From contig CAVZYA010000002.1 of NCBI GenBank assembly GCA_963779415.1, forward strand, positions 512,001 to 576,000: a DNA stretch of 64,000 nt, in the 5' to 3' direction. Under the pieces are notes generated by a model. The model did not search any database. It worked only from the letters and a program-made list of their open reading frames with translations, and was not told where the DNA came from. Within the stretch, counting starts at the first letter, position 1. Every line of letters starts with the position of its first letter. Positions 46,576 to 56,827 of the stretch are shown here, piece by piece. The position numbers and the translations under genes were made by a program. The stretch comes from an uncultured Acidobacteriota bacterium (GTDB lineage: Bacteria > Acidobacteriota > Thermoanaerobaculia > UBA5066).

Positions 46576-48005
46576 GCGCCGAGAAGACGCGCCGGCTCCT
46601 CGTCGCCTTCCTCGCGGCCGGGATCGTCATCCAGGCCGGAGCGATCGTCTGGGCCATCTTCTCGAAGGGCGAGCCCGCCGCCGTCGAGGCGATGGCGCCC
46701 TTCACGTACCTCCTCTCGACGATGGCGTCCGTCCCCGCGGGGATCATGGCCGTCGCGGGCTCGGTTCTCATCCTCTCGATGACGCTCGGGAGCCCGGTCC
46801 AGCGCTCCCATCTCGGCGCCATCGTCCTCAAAGACGCCGACTTTCGCCTCGCGCAGACGGGGGCCGTCACGACGATCCTCGCCTGCTGCCTCGCGCTTCT
46901 CCTTTCGCACCTTCCGTTCGTCTCGCACAGCGCCACGTCGCTCGTCGTTCTCGCCTTCGGCGGCTATCTTCAGTTCGGGGCGGTCCTCATCGCCCTCGTC
47001 CGCCTCTTCCGGACGATCCCGACGCTCCTGACGCAGGAACGGCTCCTCGGCTCGGCGCTCGAGAAGCTCGACGCCGCCTATCTGTCGGGGAGGGAGAAGC
47101 GACTCCTCGGCGTCGACTCGACGGAGCGCGGGCGCACCGAGCGGATCAACGACCTGATCTTCGCCTTCCGGATCGCGCCCGGCGAGGCCGACGACCCGCT
47201 CGTGACCATCCACGACGTCCTCGAGAACGTCGTCTCCCAGAGCCCCCCCTCGGTCGTCACTTTTTCGCTGAACCTCGTCTCCCGCAAGCTCGCGGATGTC
47301 ATCGACACGTCGCACGACCGGATCTGCCAGCTTCTCGTGACGCCGTGGTTCTCGGAGCTGCGGGTCCCGGTCGTCCGTCGCGCGTCGCCTTCCGTCGCCC
47401 TCACCTACTTCGACGCGTGGGCGAACCTCCTGCGCGCGGCCCGCGAGAAGGGAATGGACGGGTTCGTCGCGAACACGGCGCGCTCCTTCGTCGGGGCACT
47501 GAAGGACGTCGCGCGGGCGGGCCTCTTCGAGAGCGCCACCGACCGCGCGCTCCGGCCGCTCGCCCGGCTCGTCTCGGAGGTCGGCGCGAACCCGGCGGTC
47601 GCCGGGCCGTGGATGGGCTCCATCGTCGTCTGGATGCGCGAGGACGCCGAGCGGGGCGAAGGAGCCTACGCCCGGGTCCTCTGGAACCCGGTGGAGCGGT
47701 ACGTCGGCCGTCTCGCGCGCGACCTCGACCGGGAGACTCCGGTCCTCGCCGTCCTCGTCCACGCCCTCACGGCGGTCGTCCGGGCCTCGGTCCGGCGCGG
47801 CCTCGTGACGGAGAGCGGCGACCCGTTCGACAAGGAGATCTCCGAGGTCCTCGAGAAGACCGCCCGCGAGCTCAGGACCCGCGCGGAGGACCCGAACATC
47901 CCGCGCGAGGCGGCGGCCCGCGCCCGGCGCCGCGCCGAGATGCTGTTCGAGCCGGTGGAGGCTTCCTATCCCTCGGCCGGCCCGGAGACCGCCACGCCGG
48001 CCTAG
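46572..48005 (+). CDS. Hypothetical membrane protein (N-terminal TMs, helical C-terminal region)
   Basis: ATGA overlap with the upstream gene; four hydrophobic segments; coding-like bias. Confidence 0.7.
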   Translation: MSAEKTRRLLVAFLAAGIVIQAGAIVWAIFSKGEPAAVEAMAPFTYLLSTMASVPAGIMAVAGSVLILSMTLGSPVQRSHLGAIVLKDADFRLAQTGAVTTILACCLALLLSHLPFVSHSATSLVVLAFGGYLQFGAVLIALVRLFRTIPTLLTQERLLGSALEKLDAAYLSGREKRLLGVDSTERGRTERINDLIFAFRIAPGEADDPLVTIHDVLENVVSQSPPSVVTFSLNLVSRKLADVIDTSHDRICQLLVTPWFSELRVPVVRRASPSVALTYFDAWANLLRAAREKGMDGFVANTARSFVGALKDVARAGLFESATDRALRPLARLVSEVGANPAVAGPWMGSIVVWMREDAERGEGAYARVLWNPVERYVGRLARDLDRETPVLAVLVHALTAVVRASVRRGLVTESGDPFDKEISEVLEKTARELRTRAEDPNIPREAAARARRRAEMLFEPVEASYPSAGPETATPA

Positions 48006-49096
48006 ACGACGACGAGGCCGGCCCCCCAGTGGAGGCCGGCGCCGAGGGCGGTGAAGACGACGACGTCCCGCGGCTTGACCCTTCCGGCGAGCCTCGCCTC
48101 GTGAAAGGCCATCGGGAGGGTCGCGGCCGTCGTGTTTCCGTACTTCTCGATGTTGTTGAAGACCTTCGCGTCCGGCAGGCCCAGCGCCTTCTGCGCCGCC
48201 TCGTTGATCCGGAGGTTGGCCTGGTGCATGAGAAGGAGGTCGAGGTCTTCGAGCGTGTTCCCGTGCGCCTTGAGAACCTCGAGAACGGCCGCCGGCATCA
48301 GCTGCGCGGCGAGCTTGAAGACGTGCCGTCCCTCGACGACCGGGACCGTGTCGAGCGTGTCGACCATCTCGTGGGTCACGTAGGGGCGGTACTTGCACCC
48401 GACGCCGTTGACCCAGAGCTTGTCCCAGTGGGCCCCGTCGGTGTACATCGCGAAGCCGGAAAAGCCGCGTCCGTCCCCCGACTCGTTCGCCTCGAGGACG
48501 AAAGCCCCGGCGCCATCGCCAAAGAGAACCGCGCGGTCGCGGAGTCGGGTGATCTTCGCGTACCACTCGGGATCGCTCGGGCCGGGAGACGTCCCGAGCA
48601 GCACGTCCCAGACCGGCTGAGGCCAGGGCATCAGGCCGCTGTGGACTTCGGCCCCGACGAGGAGGATCCGGTCGTACATCCCGGAGCGGATGAAGGCGTC
48701 GGCCGTCTGGAGGCCGGAGAGGAAGCCGGCGCACTGCATCCGGATGTCGAGGGCGTGCGTTGTCTTCATCCCGAGATCGCGCGCGAGGAGCCCGCCATTC
48801 CCCGGGAAGTAGTGGTCGGGGGTCATCGTGGCGAAGACGATGAAGTCGATGTCGTCGATCCCGAGGCCGGCGTCGGCGAGGGCGGCCTCGGCGGCCTTCA
48901 CCCCGAGCCCGGCCGAACCGATGCCGCGCTCGACGAAACGCCTTTCGCGGATGCCGGTTCGCGGGACGATCCACTCGTCCGACGTCTCCATGATCCGCGA
49001 GAGCATCTCGTTCGTGACGACCTGGGGCGGGACGTACATTCCGGAGCCCCGGATCACGGTGGTCCGGTTCTTCGGCGGTGGTGTCAGGTTTTTCAC
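48002..49096 (-). CDS. fabH: 3-oxoacyl-ACP synthase III
   Basis: TGIRERR, QCAGF, LFGDGAGA, HQAN, YGNT, GAGLHWG. Confidence 0.9.
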   Translation of the reverse strand: MKNLTPPPKNRTTVIRGSGMYVPPQVVTNEMLSRIMETSDEWIVPRTGIRERRFVERGIGSAGLGVKAAEAALADAGLGIDDIDFIVFATMTPDHYFPGNGGLLARDLGMKTTHALDIRMQCAGFLSGLQTADAFIRSGMYDRILLVGAEVHSGLMPWPQPVWDVLLGTSPGPSDPEWYAKITRLRDRAVLFGDGAGAFVLEANESGDGRGFSGFAMYTDGAHWDKLWVNGVGCKYRPYVTHEMVDTLDTVPVVEGRHVFKLAAQLMPAAVLEVLKAHGNTLEDLDLLLMHQANLRINEAAQKALGLPDAKVFNNIEKYGNTTAATLPMAFHEARLAGRVKPRDVVVFTALGAGLHWGAGLVVV

Positions 49097-49125
49097 GGGC
49101 GGAGTCTAACCCCGCGTGAGCCGCG

Positions 49126-49437
49126 TCAACGCGGGGGTTCGTCCCCGCGGAGAAGGGCCACGGTCGCGCCCCAGCCCCCTCGGTCGGGCGTTGCGTCGGA
49201 GAAGCGGAGAACGTGCGGGGAGCGGGCGAGAGCGGCGCGGACGATCGCACGCTGGACGCCGCGACCCCGCCCGTGGACGAGACGGACCTCCCGGAGGCCT
49301 TTCGCGGCGGCCGCCTCGACGTAGTCCGCCACGACGGCCGCCGTCTCGTCGGGGCGGAACGGGTGAAGGTCGAGCGCATCCTCCACCGGGATCGGGACGG
49401 GCGGGCCCCCGGGCCCCGGGTCGTCGAAGCCGGTCAT
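49126..49437 (-). CDS. Standalone Smr domain protein
   Basis: LDLH, VRLVHGRGRG, GGWGATV. Confidence 0.88.
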   Translation of the reverse strand: MTGFDDPGPGGPPVPIPVEDALDLHPFRPDETAAVVADYVEAAAAKGLREVRLVHGRGRGVQRAIVRAALARSPHVLRFSDATPDRGGWGATVALLRGDEPPR

Positions 49438-49491
49438 TCCCCGCGGAGTCTAGGGCGTCTAGAATCGGGCACCGGAAACGGACAGGAGGTC

Positions 49492-50412
49492 ATGATGAAG
49501 GGGATCCGACCCGTCGCACTCGCTCTCGCGGCCGCCCTCCTCGCGGTCGCCGGGCCCGCCGCCGCGCAGGCCAAGCCGCGCGTGGCGGTCATCGAGTTCA
49601 AGAACAAGGTCTCGGGCTGGAGCTGGGGGTGGTACCAGGCCGGGACGAATGCCCAGGACATGTTCGTCACCGAGCTGGTGAAACAGGGTCGGTATCGCGT
49701 CATCGAGCGCGAGCAGCTCCAGGCGATCATGCAGGAGAAGCATCTCTCGCTCTCGGGCGACCTCGATCCGAGAACCGCCATGAAGATCGGCAAGCTCCTC
49801 GGTGTCGAGTACCTCATCACGGGGGCGCTGACGGAGCTCGGGGCGCAGAAGACGAACGTGAGCACGGGCTGGGTCGCCTTCGTTCCCCACACGGATGTCG
49901 GCGTCTCGAAGATGCAGTGCGCCATCGACGCGCGGGCCTTCTCGATGAACACGGGAGAGATCGTCTGGGCCGACTCGGCGCGCGAGGAGAGCACGTCGAC
50001 GAAGGTCTTCGTGGCGGGGGCCGGCGGCGGCGTGGACGACCAGCGGAAGCTCGACCTGATGGTCCGCCCCGTCGTGGCCAAGCTCGCGGACTCGCTCTCG
50101 AAGAAGACGCTCTCCTCGAGCGGCATGGGCGGCGCGGGCGATGCCTCCGGCCTCGCGGGCAAAGTGGCACGGGTCGACGGCGGAACCCTCTACCTGAACG
50201 TCGGCTCGGAGGCGGGCGTCAAGGAAGGGGATGAGTTCAGCGTCTTCCGGATGGGCGAGGCGATCAAGGATCCGGACAGCGGCGAGGTGCTCGGGCAGAA
50301 CGAGACGAAGATCGGCCGTGTCCGGGTCGAGAAGGTGATGGGCCCGCGGCTCTCGACGGGCCGCGCGATCTCGGGCTCCGGCTTCAAAGCCGGCGACGCG
50401 ATAAAGAACTAG
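49492..50412 (+). CDS. CsgG/HfaB-family exported protein with FlgT-C-like domain
   Basis: AGGAGG RBS, signal peptide, RVAVIEF, YRVIER, GKLLGVEYLITG, YLNVGSEAGVKEGD. Confidence 0.8.
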   Translation: MMKGIRPVALALAAALLAVAGPAAAQAKPRVAVIEFKNKVSGWSWGWYQAGTNAQDMFVTELVKQGRYRVIEREQLQAIMQEKHLSLSGDLDPRTAMKIGKLLGVEYLITGALTELGAQKTNVSTGWVAFVPHTDVGVSKMQCAIDARAFSMNTGEIVWADSAREESTSTKVFVAGAGGGVDDQRKLDLMVRPVVAKLADSLSKKTLSSSGMGGAGDASGLAGKVARVDGGTLYLNVGSEAGVKEGDEFSVFRMGEAIKDPDSGEVLGQNETKIGRVRVEKVMGPRLSTGRAISGSGFKAGDAIKN

Positions 50413-50419
50413 TCATCTT

Positions 50420-50483
50420 CGGGGGGTGCGACGTCCGCAGTGGCGTCCCGCCGCAGGGTTCGCACCCCCCGGGCCCCCCTCTT
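50420..50483. repeat. REP-like palindrome, copy 2
   Basis: CGGGGGGTGCGA (50420-50431) pairs with TCGCACCCCCCG (50460-50471), followed by GGCCCCCCTCTT. Confidence 0.8.
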
Positions 50484-50489
50484 ACTTCT

Positions 50490-52468
50490 TTACCGGGTCA
50501 GGTTGCAGGCGTCGGAGAGGCCGGCGTCGCAGGCGGCCCGCGCCTCGCGGGCGGCTTCGGCGCCGTCTCCCCGCTGCCAGGCGGCGAGAGCGAGGGCGTA
50601 GCGGACGCGGGCGCTCGAGGGAGCTCTCGCCACGGCCTTTCCCAGCTCTTCGGCGAGGTCTCCGCGGACGTCGCAGAAGGCGAGGCCGAGAACCCAGTTT
50701 CCGTCGGGGCCGGGGTTCGGGCCGATGGCACGCATCTGCTGGTCGACGAAACCGAGGACGCGCCCCTCGGCGAGCCCCGGCGCCTCGTCGAAGGCGCGGT
50801 TCAGGAGCTGCCACGCCTCGGCATTGCGGCCGTCGGCGAAGGCCACGGCCGCGCGCGTGTAGGCGTCGAGGACCATCACCTCGTGCGAGGGGTTCGTGGC
50901 GAGGACGCCGCGGACGGTCCCCATCGCGTCGACGAAATCTTCACGCGACAGCCGCTTCTTCCGTGAGTTGTCGAGAACGTGGTAGGCCCCCTCGAGGCGC
51001 GTGTCGCCCGAGAAGGAAGCGGAACCCAGAAGAGGCGCCGGGCGCGGAAGGCGCGGGGCCGGCTCGCTCCGGGAGACGTCGTGCCGCGGCGGAGGGACGC
51101 GGCCTCGGCCACGCGCGTCGCTCTTCCCGAAGGCGCCGGAGGGAAGGGCGCGGTGGCCGGCTCCGTCGGAACGGGCGTCGGCGCTTCGGCTGCCGTCGAC
51201 GGAGGAGAGGGGACGACGGTGGGCACTTCCGTCGAGGGAGGAGCCGGAACGGCCGCCGTCGGCACCGGCGGAATCGACGCGACCTCGGCGCTCTTCTGCA
51301 ACCGGAGACGGTTGATCCAGAGCGCCGCGAGAAGAAGCGCGACGAGAACGATCCCGGCGGCGAGAAGGACGCGCGCGCCGGAGGACCGGCGCTTCGCGGA
51401 GGGGACGGTCGGTGCTGTGGCGGGCGCCGTGGACGCCCCGGGCGCGGCGGACGTCGGGGCCGGGGGGAGCGGAACGGAAGCCGGAGCCGCAAGGCGGTTC
51501 TTCGGGTCGGCCAGCGGACCGGAGACGACCGTTGCGGCTCCGGAGAGGTCGGCGCGGGAAGAGGGGACGCGGACGGCGGGCGCCCCGCCGGTGGCGACCG
51601 CCGCCGCTGCGGCCGAGGCCGCCATCGCCGCGAGCGGGACGCCGAGCGCCGCCGCGAGAGCGGCGATGAAGGAGCCGCAGTCCGGGTACCGGTCGTCGGG
51701 CTTCTTCGCGAGCGCCTTCGCGAGGACGGCGTCCGCCGTCTGCGGGAACCCCGGGACGAGGGTGGAAGCCGGGGGAGGCGGCTCGACGACGTGCTGGTGA
51801 AGGACGGCGAGCGGAGACTCGGCGTGAAACGGGACGACGCCGGTGAGGACCTCGAACGCGATGACGCCGAGGGCGTACTGGTCGGCCCGAGCGTCGAGCG
51901 GAACCCCCTGCGCCTGCTCGGGCGCCATGTAGAGCGGCGTCCCGAGGACCGTCCCCGTCTGCGTCAGCCCCGAGACGGTCTCCGAGCTTCGCGCGAGGCC
52001 GAAGTCGGCCAGAAGCGGCCGCCCCTGCGAGTCGACGAGGACGTTCGCCGGCTTGACGTCGCGGTGGAGGATCCCCCGGGCGTGCGCGTGATCGAGCGCG
52101 GCGCCGACCGCGGCGAGCCACGCGACCGCGATCCCGAACGGCATCGGCCCGGTGATGTGCGACTTGAGCGAGCCCCCGGGCACGAGTGGCATGACGAGGT
52201 ACGAGACCTCGGAGCCGTCCACGGCGGCCGTTCCGAAGTCGTAGACGGGGAGAACGTTCGGATGGTCGAGCCCCGCCACGAGGCGCGCCTCGCGGAGGAA
52301 GCGTTCCTGGTACGTCGGGTCCTCGGCGATCGGCGCGAGGATCACCTTGACGGCGACGGTCCGGTGGAGTGTCGTGTCCTCCGCCTTCCAGACCTCGGAC
52401 ATCCCGCCCGCGCCCGCCTTCTCGAGGAGGCGGTAACGGCCGAGGAAGGCGCCCGCGGCGATCGGCAT
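50490..52468 (-). CDS. Membrane Ser/Thr protein kinase with extracytoplasmic TPR-like domain (frameshift ~51040-51090)
   Basis: GAGGMS, VAVK, HRDVKPAN, DFGLA, GTPLYMAPE, a TM helix and a Pro/Thr linker. The tail lies in a second frame ending ACNLTR. Confidence 0.85.
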
Positions 52469-52478
52469 CGTCCCCTCT

Positions 52479-54936
52479 TCAGGCCGGCAGCGCCGTGTCG
52501 GCGTTGTGGACGACGATCGTCCCCGGGCCGCTGCGGATCGCCTCCTCGAGCGCGGCCTCCGCGTCGGCGAGGAGCGCCGCGGCGTCGAAGGCGTCGTCGG
52601 GATAGACGGCGAGACCGGTCGTCAGGGAGAAGCGGATCCCGGCCGGCTCGAGACGGGCGTCCATCTGGGCCTCGAAGTTCTTCTGGATCGCCCGCATCGC
52701 GCGGTGAGCCTGCACTTTCGTCGCCTCGAAGATGAGGATCCAGAAGCGGTCCGCCTGGTCCCTCGCCACGAGGTTGACGGCGCGCGTCGAGCGGACGAGT
52801 CGAGAGGCCACCTTCGGAAGGAGGGCAGCGGCCACCGCGGGCTCGAGGCGCGCCATCGCGTCCGCGAGCCCCTCGAGACGGAGGTGCGCCACGGCCATCG
52901 ACTGGCCGTTTCGCTCGGCTCTCCGGATCTCGGAATCGAGGCGCCGCGCGAGCGACGTCCGGTTACAGAGCCCGGTCTGGCCGTCGCGCTCGGCCTGCTG
53001 CTCGATGAGGTGCATGAGCCGCGCGTTGTGAAGCGCCACGGTGCCGGCGTCCGCGACGAGGTCGAGGCGGTTTCGGAACTCGGGGGTGAAGTCCTCTCCG
53101 CGCCGCGCCGCGACGGAGAGGACGCCGACCGGTTCCTCGTTGTAGAGGAGCGGGACGGCGGCGAGGCGGGCCGCGCCGGGGAAGATGGCGGCCGCGGAGG
53201 GTCCGGAAGCCGTTCGCGCCGTCCGGTCGAGAAGCGCGCCGACCGCGGGATGAGCCGCGTCGTCGGAGGGCACGGAAAAGAGCCCGCCGTCTCCGACATC
53301 GGCCCCCCAGCGTGCCGAGAGGTGAACCGTCCTCGAGTCCGCGTCGGCGTCCCAGAACTGCGCGGCGTCGACGCCGAGAAGAGAGACGGTCTGCTCGCAG
53401 AGCGTCAGCTTGATCCGCGAAAGGTCGAAGGTCGTCGTGAGGGACCGTCCCGCCTCGCGCAGGCGATCGAGAAACCGGTGCGACTCGCGCTCCTGCTGGA
53501 GGAGCCGCGCCGAGGAGACGGCGAGGGAAAGCTCGACGGCAAGGTCCTCGAACGCGCCGAGGAGCGCCGGAGGCAGACCGCGCCCCGGGCCCGCTACGAG
53601 CCCGCAGAGGACCCCGACCGGGGCGCCGCGGTAGGCGATCGGAACGGCGGCGAAGGCGAGCGGCGAGGGAAGGCGCGTGAGGGACGATCCCCGGGGGAGA
53701 AGGGTCGCGAGGACCGGGTCGGCTCCCGAGTCCGCCGAGAAGAGGCGCGACCCTTCCGTGGAGAGGTGCGCGAGGAGGGCGTCCGGGATCTCGATGGCCG
53801 CCTCGCCGACGCCGCCACGGACCGCGACGGCCTGGGCCCCGGGAAGCTCTCCCGAAGAGAGGACCCGGATGGCGCAGAGGTCGAGGTCGAAGCGAGGGCC
53901 CCACTTCCTCCACCGTCCGGCGGACGATGCTGACGACGTCGGAGAGCCCCGAGAGAGCCGCATGGATCCGCGAGACGAGGACGCTTCGCTCGTGGACGAG
54001 GCGCTGAGACTCGAGGAGGCGCGCCTTTTCGAGCGCCCCGGCCGCGAGCTTGGCCAGCTCCTGCGCGAGGCGAAGCTCCTGCGGCGTCAGGATGAACCCG
54101 CCGCGGCGCGACGCGGTGAGAAAGCCGAAGACGGCTTCGCCGGCGTGAAGCGGAAGCGCCATCCTCTTTCGACGGATCGGCATCCCGGCCGGCGACGGCT
54201 CGTCGTCGAAGACCGGCCCGTGCGCCGAGAGGCATCGCAGGAGGATGTCGTCGGCCTCGAGGGGGCGCCGCCCGCCGGTCGGCACGGGAGGGGAGCTGTT
54301 TCCCACCGGTCCCGGGCCCGTCAGCTCTTCGACCTCGCGTGTATCGACCAGGAGGCGATACGCCTGGACGCGGTCGAACTCCAGCTCGCGGGAGATCGAG
54401 GAGACGGTGAGGCGGATGACTTCCTCGGGGTTCAGGGAAGCGAACGCACCCGAGGCGAGCTCGAAGAGGGCGACGGCCTCCTCGCGGCGCTTCATGAGCG
54501 TGGAGAGAGTCCGGTCACGCTCGAGGACATGCCCCACCGTCCGTGCGAAGAGGCGGACGGCCTCGTCCACGTCCTCGGTCTGGGCCGCGGAAGGAAGGGC
54601 GACTCCGAACGACGCCTGCGTCTGCTCCTTCAGCTTCACGGGAGCCGCGACATAGGTGAAGCCGCTGTCGACCGCCCGCCGGGCGCGTCCCTGTGCGAGG
54701 ACCTCCTCGAGGTGCTGCGAGAGCCTCCCTTCGGCGGCGGGCGCCGCGGGAGAGCGGCCGGAGCGGAATACCGGCGGCACGCCCTGTCCGGGGAGAAGCG
54801 CCACGACCGGGGCGTCGAAAAAGTGGAGCGCGGCGCCGAGGATCCCGTTAAGGGCCTCGTCGAGAAGGAGTCCTTCCTTCAGCGCCCCCTCGAACGCCTT
54901 GAGGAGGGCCAGTTCGGTCGTGCGGTCGGCTGCCAT
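52479..54936 (-). CDS. Multi-GAF protein with degenerate GGDEF domain (frameshift ~53898)
   Basis: Repeated GAF signatures (LPLHAGEAVFG, AVPIAYRG, AVPLLYNEEPVG); DGQTGLCNR, VARDQADRF in place of GGDEF, GLAVYPDD. Confidence 0.82.
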
Positions 54937-54988
54937 CAGCGGGCTCGGGCGGCGATTCTACTTCGTCGCCGCCTCTTACCCGCGACGC

Positions 54989-55457
54989 TCAACTGGAAGT
55001 CCTCTTCTCGCGGGAGGCGAAGACGACCTCGGCGGCGAGCGCCAGCACCCCGAGGTCGCGCAGGATGTCCCGTCGCATGTCGGAGAGCCGCTCGGCCACG
55101 CTCCGCCCCACGGCCGTCACGTCGAAGCAGCCGCAGTCGATCGCATTCTTCCGTGTAGAGATTGAATGAGATCGCGGCGATGAAGACGACGAGGAGAAGG
55201 CCGACCAGGGCGGCGGAGCTCCGCGTCCAGAGGCCGAGGAGGAGCGCGACGCCTGCGAGGAGCTCGAGCCAGGGGAGGACGAGCGCGAAAAGGTTCACCA
55301 TCCCGCCGGGGAGGATCCGGTAGTTGTAGATCATGTGGGCGAAGGAGGGGGGGTCGGCGAGCTTCGGAAGGGCCGAGACGACGAAGACGATGCCGAGGGC
55401 GATCTGGGCACGCGAGACCAGCCACTCGCTCCCGAGCGCCGCGCGGAGGCGGGTCAC
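54989..55457 (-). CDS. MauE/DoxX family membrane protein (frameshift ~55155)
   Basis: KLADPPSFA..IYNYRILP, LPWLELLAG; after a one-base correction it reads NAIDCGCF...DILRD. Confidence 0.85.
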
Positions 55458-56278
55458 CGGGTCGCTCCGCGGCGGACGGCGCCGCCGCGCTTCACCCAGT
55501 CCGGGAAACCGTCCCGATAGACGAGTAGGTCGTTGAACCCCGCTCCCCAGAGCTTCTGGGCGAGAAGGTGCGAGTCCTCGCAGTCTCCCCCCGAGCAGTA
55601 GATGACGAGCGGCTTTGCTCCGTCCTGCTCGCCGATCAGCGCCATCACCTTTTCGTCGACGTCGGACTCCCATACGGAGACGGGGCGGGCGCCGGCGACA
55701 TGCCCCTCCTCGAAGAGCGAGGTCCGCCGGGCGTCGAGAAACGGCACCCCGGCGGCGTGAAGCCGCGCCGCATCCTCGCCCGAGATCTCCACCCAGGGCT
55801 TGTCGGGGTGCGGGGGAAAGCGGGCGAGAAGATCGCGGTCCGCGGCCGGCGCCGCCGGAGATGAAGACGAGGAGACCGGGATTTTCTTAGAAGGTGAGAG
55901 ACCGGCGGTTGTGGCGCCAGTGCCTCGCGGCACGGTCGGAGCGGTTGCCAGCTCTCCTTTTACCTTCGAAGAAAGATCCTTTGCGGTTTGCTGCGCTGTA
56001 GCCGGCGACGACTCCGGCGAACCGGCCTGTGCCGCGAGCGGCGACGACCCCGGCGATACGACCTGTCCCGCAGCCGGCGACGACTCCGGCGAAACGGCCT
56101 GCTCGGGAGCAGAAGGATCTCCGGCGGACGTCGCTTTCGTCACCGTCGTCGCGTCCGGGTAATCGCCCGGGAGCTTCAGCTTCCGCTCGCGCGAGGCGAG
56201 CGAGTTCGAGACGAGGGCGACGGCGACCGCGACGAGAAGGATCGTGGCGGTCTCGAGAAGGTGGCGCCGGAGGTTCAT
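55454..56278 (-). CDS. Membrane-anchored rhodanese domain protein
   Basis: N-terminal TM, low-complexity linker, FLDAR, GHVAGA, IYCSGGDCEDS, YRDGFPDW. Confidence 0.9.
   Translation of the reverse strand: MNLRRHLLETATILLVAVAVALVSNSLASRERKLKLPGDYPDATTVTKATSAGDPSAPEQAVSPESSPAAGQVVSPGSSPLAAQAGSPESSPATAQQTAKDLSSKVKGELATAPTVPRGTGATTAGLSPSKKIPVSSSSSPAAPAADRDLLARFPPHPDKPWVEISGEDAARLHAAGVPFLDARRTSLFEEGHVAGARPVSVWESDVDEKVMALIGEQDGAKPLVIYCSGGDCEDSHLLAQKLWGAGFNDLLVYRDGFPDWVKRGGAVRRGATR
56001..56101. repeat. Three ~36-bp tandem repeats in the rhodanese linker
   Basis: GCCGGCGACGACTCCGGCGA..CCTG x3, encoding SP(E/G)SSP units. Confidence 0.75.
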
Positions 56279-56364
56279 CCTGTCTCCCGCCACGGCGACA
56301 CGAGCGCCCGCGGCGACGGGATTCTAAGCAAGGGCAGGGCCGCGTGCCTGGTCCGGGGGCGGCT

Positions 56365-56778
56365 TCAGCCGCAGGCCGCGCAGAGGCCGTGAAGCGTGAC
56401 GGCGTAGCTCTCCACGCTCTGCCCGCCGGGGAGGCGCCGCTTCGGCAGGGGAGGGAGGGCGTCCCAGGGGACGTCGGCGACGTCGCCGCAGGACGTGCAG
56501 ACGAAGTGGTGGTGTCGGCCCGTGTTCGCGTCGTACCGGACGACGGCGTCGTCGAAGACGAGCTCGCGGACGAGCCCGGCGTTCTTGAGAGAGTGAAGAA
56601 CGTTATAGACCGAGGCGCGGGCGGCGGTCGGGACGAGACGGTTGACCGCAGAGCCCACCTCTTCTGCGGTCGGGTGGTGGTCCGAGTCCGCGAGGCAGGC
56701 GAGAACCGCGACCCGGGGCTGCGTCACCCGCAACCCCTTCTCCTTGAGACGTTCCTCGGCCCAGCTCCGCCCGGTCAT
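56365..56778 (-). CDS. Fur family regulator (PerR/FurA-like)
   Basis: GLRVTQPR, HHPTAEE, SVYNVL, HHHFVCTSCG, C-terminal CAAC. Confidence 0.93.
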   Translation of the reverse strand: MTGRSWAEERLKEKGLRVTQPRVAVLACLADSDHHPTAEEVGSAVNRLVPTAARASVYNVLHSLKNAGLVRELVFDDAVVRYDANTGRHHHFVCTSCGDVADVPWDALPPLPKRRLPGGQSVESYAVTLHGLCAACG

Positions 56779-56781
56779 CGC

Positions 56782-56804
56782 CTCATTAGATTAAGTCCAA
56801 TGAG
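56782..56804. promoter_or_regulatory. 9-5-9 inverted repeat, putative Fur/PerR-family operator
   Basis: CTCATTAGA-TTAAG-TCCAATGAG (8/9 match), immediately upstream of the Fur start codon. Confidence 0.65.
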
Positions 56805-56827
56805 CCCGGAGAGCAAATCGGGCGGCG

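Noticed and set aside
56001-56101. 36-bp periodic repeats as a possible CRISPR array
   Set aside because: No unique spacers, in frame within a CDS linker, and no cas genes.
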